Assembly (NCBI GenBank): GCA_964016885.1
Contig: OZ024743.1
Coordinates: forward strand, 90,520,001 to 90,584,000
Origin: Eledone cirrhosa
Lineage: Eukaryota
Direction of reading: 5' to 3'
DNA length: 64,000 nucleotides
Part shown: positions 58,917 through 64,000 of the stretch, one piece after another
Layout: each line of letters starts with the position of its first letter
Position numbering within the stretch: the stretch's first letter is position 1
Position numbers and translations under genes: made by a program
The notes under the pieces: generated by a model
What the model was told of the DNA's origin: nothing
What the model saw: only the letters and a program-made list of their open reading frames with translations
Database searches by the model: none

Positions 58917-60844
58917 GTGCTGGAGCCATGTTAGAATACACCCAGTACACTCTGTAATGTGGTAGTGCTGGTGTCATGTTAGAATACATCCAGTACACTC
59001 TATAATGTGGTAGTGCTGGTGCCATGTTAGAATACACCCAGTACACTCTGTAATTTGGTAGTGCTGGTGCCATGTTAGAATACACCCAGTACACTCTGTA
59101 ATGTGGTAGTGCTGGTGCCATGTTAGAATACATCCAGTACACTCTGTAATGTGGTAGTGCTGGTGTCATGTTAGAATACATCCAGTACACTCTGTAATGT
59201 GGTAGTGCTGGTGCCATGTTAGAATACACCCAGTACACTCTGTAATGTGGTAGTGCTGGTGCCATGTTAGAATACATCCAGTACACTCTGTAATGTGGTA
59301 GTGCTGGTGCCATGTTAGAATACATCCAGTACACTCTGTAATGTGGTAGTGCTGGTGTCATGTTAGAATACATCCAGTACACTCTATAATGTGGTAGTGC
59401 TGGTGCCATGTTAGAATACACCCAGTACACTCTGTAATGTGGTAGTGCTGGTGCCATGTTAGAATACATCCAGTACACTCTATAATGTGGTAGTGCTGGT
59501 GCCATGTTAGAATACATCCAGTACACTCTGTAATGTGGTAGTGCTGGTGCCATGTTAGAATACATCCAGTACACTCTATAATGTGGTAGTGCTGGTGTCG
59601 TGTTAGAATACATCCAGTACACTCTATAATGTGGTAGTGCTGGTGCCATGTTAGAATACACCCAGTACACTCTGTAATGTGGTAGTGCTGGTGTCATGTT
59701 AGAATACATCCAGTACACTCTATAATGTGGTAGTGCTGGTGCCATGTTAGAATACACCCAGTACACTCTGTAATGTGGTAGTGCTGGTGCCATGTTAGAA
59801 TACACCCAGTACACTCTGTAATGTGGTAGTGCTGGTGCCATGTTAGAATACACCCAGTACACTCTGTAATGTGGTAGTGCTGGTGTCATGTTAGAATACA
59901 TCCAGTACACTCTATAATGTGGTAGTGCTGGTGCCATGTTAGAATACACCCAGTACACTCTATAATGTGGTAGTGCTGGTGCCATGTTAGAATACACCCA
60001 GTACACTCTGTAATGTGGTAGTGCTGGTGTCATGTTAGAATACATCCAGTACACTCTATAATGTGGTAGTGCTGGTGCCATGTTAGAATACATCCAGTAC
60101 ACTCTGTAATGTGGTAGTGCTGGTGTCGTGTTAGAATACATCCAGTACACTCTATAATGTGGTAGTGCTGGTGCCATGTTAGAATACACCCAGTACACTC
60201 TGTAATGTGGTAGTGCTGGTGCCATGTTAGAATACATCCAGTACACTCTATAATGTGGTAGTGCTGGTGCCATGTTAGAATACACCCAGTACACTCTGTA
60301 ATGTGGTAGTGCTGGTGCCATGTTAGAATACATCCAGTACACTCTATAATGTGGTAGTGCTGGTGTTGTGTTAGAATACATCCAGTACACTCTATAATGT
60401 GGTAGTGCTGGTGCCATGTTAGAATACACCCAGTACACTCTGTAATGTGGTAGTGCTGGTGTCATGTTAGAATACATCCAGTACACTCTATAATGTGGTA
60501 GTGCTGGTGCCATGTTAGAATACACCCAGTACACTCTGTAATGTGGTAGTGCTGGTGTCGTGTTAGAATACATCCAGTACACTCTATAATGTAGTAGTGC
60601 TGGTGCCATGTTAGAATACATCCAGTACACTCTGTAATGTGGTAGTGCTGGTGCCATGTTAGAATACATCCAGTACACTCTATAATGTGGTAGTGCTGGT
60701 GCCATGTTAGAATACACCCAGTACACTCTGTAATGTGGTAGTGCTGGTGTCGTGTTAGAAAACATCCAGTACACTCTATAATGTAGTAGTGCTGGTGCCA
60801 TGTTAGAATACATCCAGTACACTCTGTAATGTGGTAGTGCTGGT
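58917..60844. repeat. Minisatellite, ~40 units of exactly 48 bp, downstream of the PDS5 CDS
   Basis: Unit gtgctggtgccatgttagaatacaYccagtacactctRtaatgtggta; related to the intron-20 array but on the opposite strand. Confidence 0.98.
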
Positions 60845-63800
60845 ATTAGGTTAATGCATCTATTATTGAGTCACTATTTTTATTGCTGATATATGTGAAA
60901 AAATCTATTGTTGATAAGGTGTATAGTCTGGTTTTATTTTCCTTTATTTAGCTTCATTAAATATATATTTTGTTTGAGATGCAAGCTAGGAGGCCAGAAA
61001 AACCCACATGTGTGAGCTATGAAGTCAGAGTGCTGGAATGTATGTAAGCGAAATACAGGCCCAAGCTTGCTATGGTGTCATTAGTACTTCAGCTTTAATA
61101 CCAACCCATTTTGCTCACAATCTGTCCTACCTTTTCTATTAAGGAAAGAGGGTGTTAAGCGAAAACTTTATATAAAAACCTTTTGTTAAATTATGTTACA
61201 AATACTAAATAAAATAATTTTGATAAGACGATAGATGTTAAGAGATATGTAGAAGAGGAAACAACTGTTGGATGTGTTGTCTGGTTTATAGTATGAGATC
61301 ATACCTACGGGCTATTTATATTGTTTTTATTATAAAAAAGCTTTAATATAAGTAAACTACCGGGGTACACAATATGAAAACAGAAAAATATTTTTAGCTT
61401 AACTATATATTTTGTCATATATAAAATCAAATCAACTTTTTACTATTTTAGTAAATCCCTCCAAATTCTTCATTAATTAATTCAATTGCTGTGTATTTCA
61501 TTAGAAATATGGTAATGACAGGGTTAAATATATAAATAGAAAATCCATTTGTTTCGCATAATTCTGACAATATAGCAAAATTAAAACTTGTTGGGGAAGA
61601 AGCAGTTGGGAGATTTATCATTTTAAAATTATATTTTATTGAGTATAGAGTGTTCTTCCCATATAGGGGCAAGACAACCTGTCTAAAGTTTGTGCTACGA
61701 TAAAATGCATCCAGTACTTTCTGTAATGGAGACAATGTAGGGTGGAGCGGGATCTTTAGTCTCGTTTAGGACAGGACAACTTTTCTAATGCTAGTACCTC
61801 AATAAAAAAAGTACACACTGTTATGTGGTTGGTGTTGTGATGGGGGATCTAGCCTAGAAATCATACTGAATATTGGAATGTAACAGTGCTGCAAGAGCCC
61901 CTCCCCTGACCCATACTTCTAGGAGGGCAGTAATTCTGAATAAGAAATGACTTGGACTGTTACCACCTGTCCAATTCTTTCCAATATGAAAAGTGGACAT
62001 AAAAATGAAGATTTTAATATCTGCAGGATATAATTATAACTAACTAAATAATAATTGTGTCCACATTTGTCGAGGAATTTACATATGATTTAGTACATAC
62101 TCTTGGGTCCCAAGTAATGAGGGTGAGGTAGGGGTGAAAATTGATAATTTTTCTAGGTTGTCTCCATTAATTTAAAAAAAACAAAACAGAATTAGTCGTT
62201 TAGTTTGCATATTGAGAACCTAGCCCATCCTATTTATTTTATAATGTATGAGATTTCTAATAATGCACTTTTTTGGCCATGTATAAAGAAAACTTTCGCT
62301 GGGGATAGCTTAGCAAAATTTAATAAAAGGGGATGGTTGGAAAAAATCTGAAAAATTAATAGGGGCTGGGGGATTATTCAAGACCTGATGGTAAATCATG
62401 TTTTACTGACTTTTCCATGCTGGACTTATGAGGCAATGTTTTACAGCTGAACACCCTTCCCGACACCAATTCTTTTAGTCACCTTTTACAACATGCATGG
62501 ATATGTTGTACCTTTTCTAAACTGGATACACACAGCCTAGGTCATCAAATTAATTATTTTTATACAATTAATATCGTTAGATGTGGGTTAGAAACGAGTT
62601 AGAGCTATATAAACTATTAGCGTTACGTCATTCTATTGTACCAACCAACTAATTATAAGATTTGGCTATCATCATCATCATCATCACATTTTAGCATCCA
62701 TTTTTCCATGCAATGGTTATATTTAAATTTTTTTTTATTTTGGGCTGAGTTTTTTTATGTCCCATTTTCCATATCTCAACATGAAATGGTAAATTATTCA
62801 GCATGTGGTCCGAGAAAAATGTGGTGAAAGTGGACTTTTGTAGGGGAGGGAATTTATAAGGTACAAAAACAATTAAGATTGATTGATTAGTTCTCAAAAT
62901 ATTTTCAAGAAATGTAATTAGTTATTGATAAAAACAATTTATCTGTTGATTTGATCTTGAAAATACCAAATATTCAATTGATCAACTAAAAATCTATTTT
63001 AGTTGATAGTTGCATGATAACTGTATATCTTGTGTAACTTATCAGTTTGTGTTCTCAAAGCTTGATTATATATTGCATGTTCTGAATAGAAAGCATGAAG
63101 TGGTGTATGTTGATAATCATTAATTATTTTCTTATTGATTGTTTATACTGTGATTGATTTTTTTCATTAACAACAGTTCCTGGATGTATATTTTAAAAAA
63201 GTTACTTATAGATAATAATGTCAATATATTGTAATTTATCATGTAAATGGTCTTATCTTTACGTTATATAGATAAGGGCGGTGGATTGGTAGAATCGGTA
63301 GTGTTGGACTCCATGCTTTGCAACATAGAGTTATGGCCCTTTGTGTTCTGAGTTGAAATCCTGCCGAGATTAGATAGCTTTGCCTTTCATCCTAACAGGG
63401 TCGATAAAATAAAATACCAGTAATACAGTAGGGTCGATTTAATCAACTATCCCCTTCCTTTTAAATTGCTGGCCTTGTGCCTAACTCAGAAACCATTATA
63501 TAGATCAGGGCTCCTCAAAGTTGTCCATATAAACCCCTAGTGTGTGGATTTACTAATTAATCTCTTTATAATGGAATAGTAAAAATTGCTGGATCGGGTT
63601 TATTAGCTGCCAGATATTGAACATCCCACCTAGCAGGATGCCTGATTAGGTAGCTTCTTCATGCTCACCAAAATTCAAGTTTTTTAAATTTATAATTTAC
63701 TGGTTCTTTTCTAATGTAAATTGTATTAAACAGTGAAACAGTGGTAAATTAATTGCTTTGTAATGAGATGAAATTATAGGTTCCTGTCCAGATGTGATGA

Positions 63801-64000
63801 TGCCTGAAAAAACATTTATATATCATTATTTAATATGGTCGGTGGATTGGCAATATCGGTAGAGGGTTGGACGCCATGCTTTCTAGCATAGTTACGTCCC
63901 TTTACATTCTGAGTTCAAATCCCGCCGAGGTTAACTTTGCCTTTCATCCTTACGGGGTCGATAAAATAAAGTACCAGTAATGTACTGGGTAATTGCTGGC

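Noticed and set aside
58837-60822. 661-aa ORF (MAPALPHYRVYWMYSN)n
   Set aside because: Same 48-bp minisatellite artefact; the variants are mostly non-synonymous and there is no gene structure

Overview
Eukaryotic, AT-rich, repeat-dense animal DNA. The SINE/LINE repertoire ((GAT)n-tailed RTE LINEs, tRNA-derived SINEs) looks like that of an octopod cephalopod; this is an inference. The window holds one host gene, the cohesin regulator PDS5 on the + strand. I reconstructed 31 GT-AG coding exons by hand (9089-53269, about 1396 aa if exon 31 reads through; the 3' end is ambiguous). The introns and flanks contain: two decayed piggyBac elements with two matching MITE families; RTE LINE fragments whose reverse transcriptase carries an embedded PHD-type finger; SINEs sharing the RTE tail; two non-autonomous Helitrons; Tc1/mariner relics; a ~430-bp foldback; and two large 48-bp minisatellites. 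The most notable observations are: (i) a graded series from a 48-bp repeat in the RTE 3' UTR to kb-scale arrays; (ii) a p21/Cdt1-like PIP-degron motif in the PDS5 tail; (iii) inverted retroelement pairs bracketing an in-frame block of exons; (iv) the PHD finger inside the RT. All coordinates, counts and identities were read by eye.
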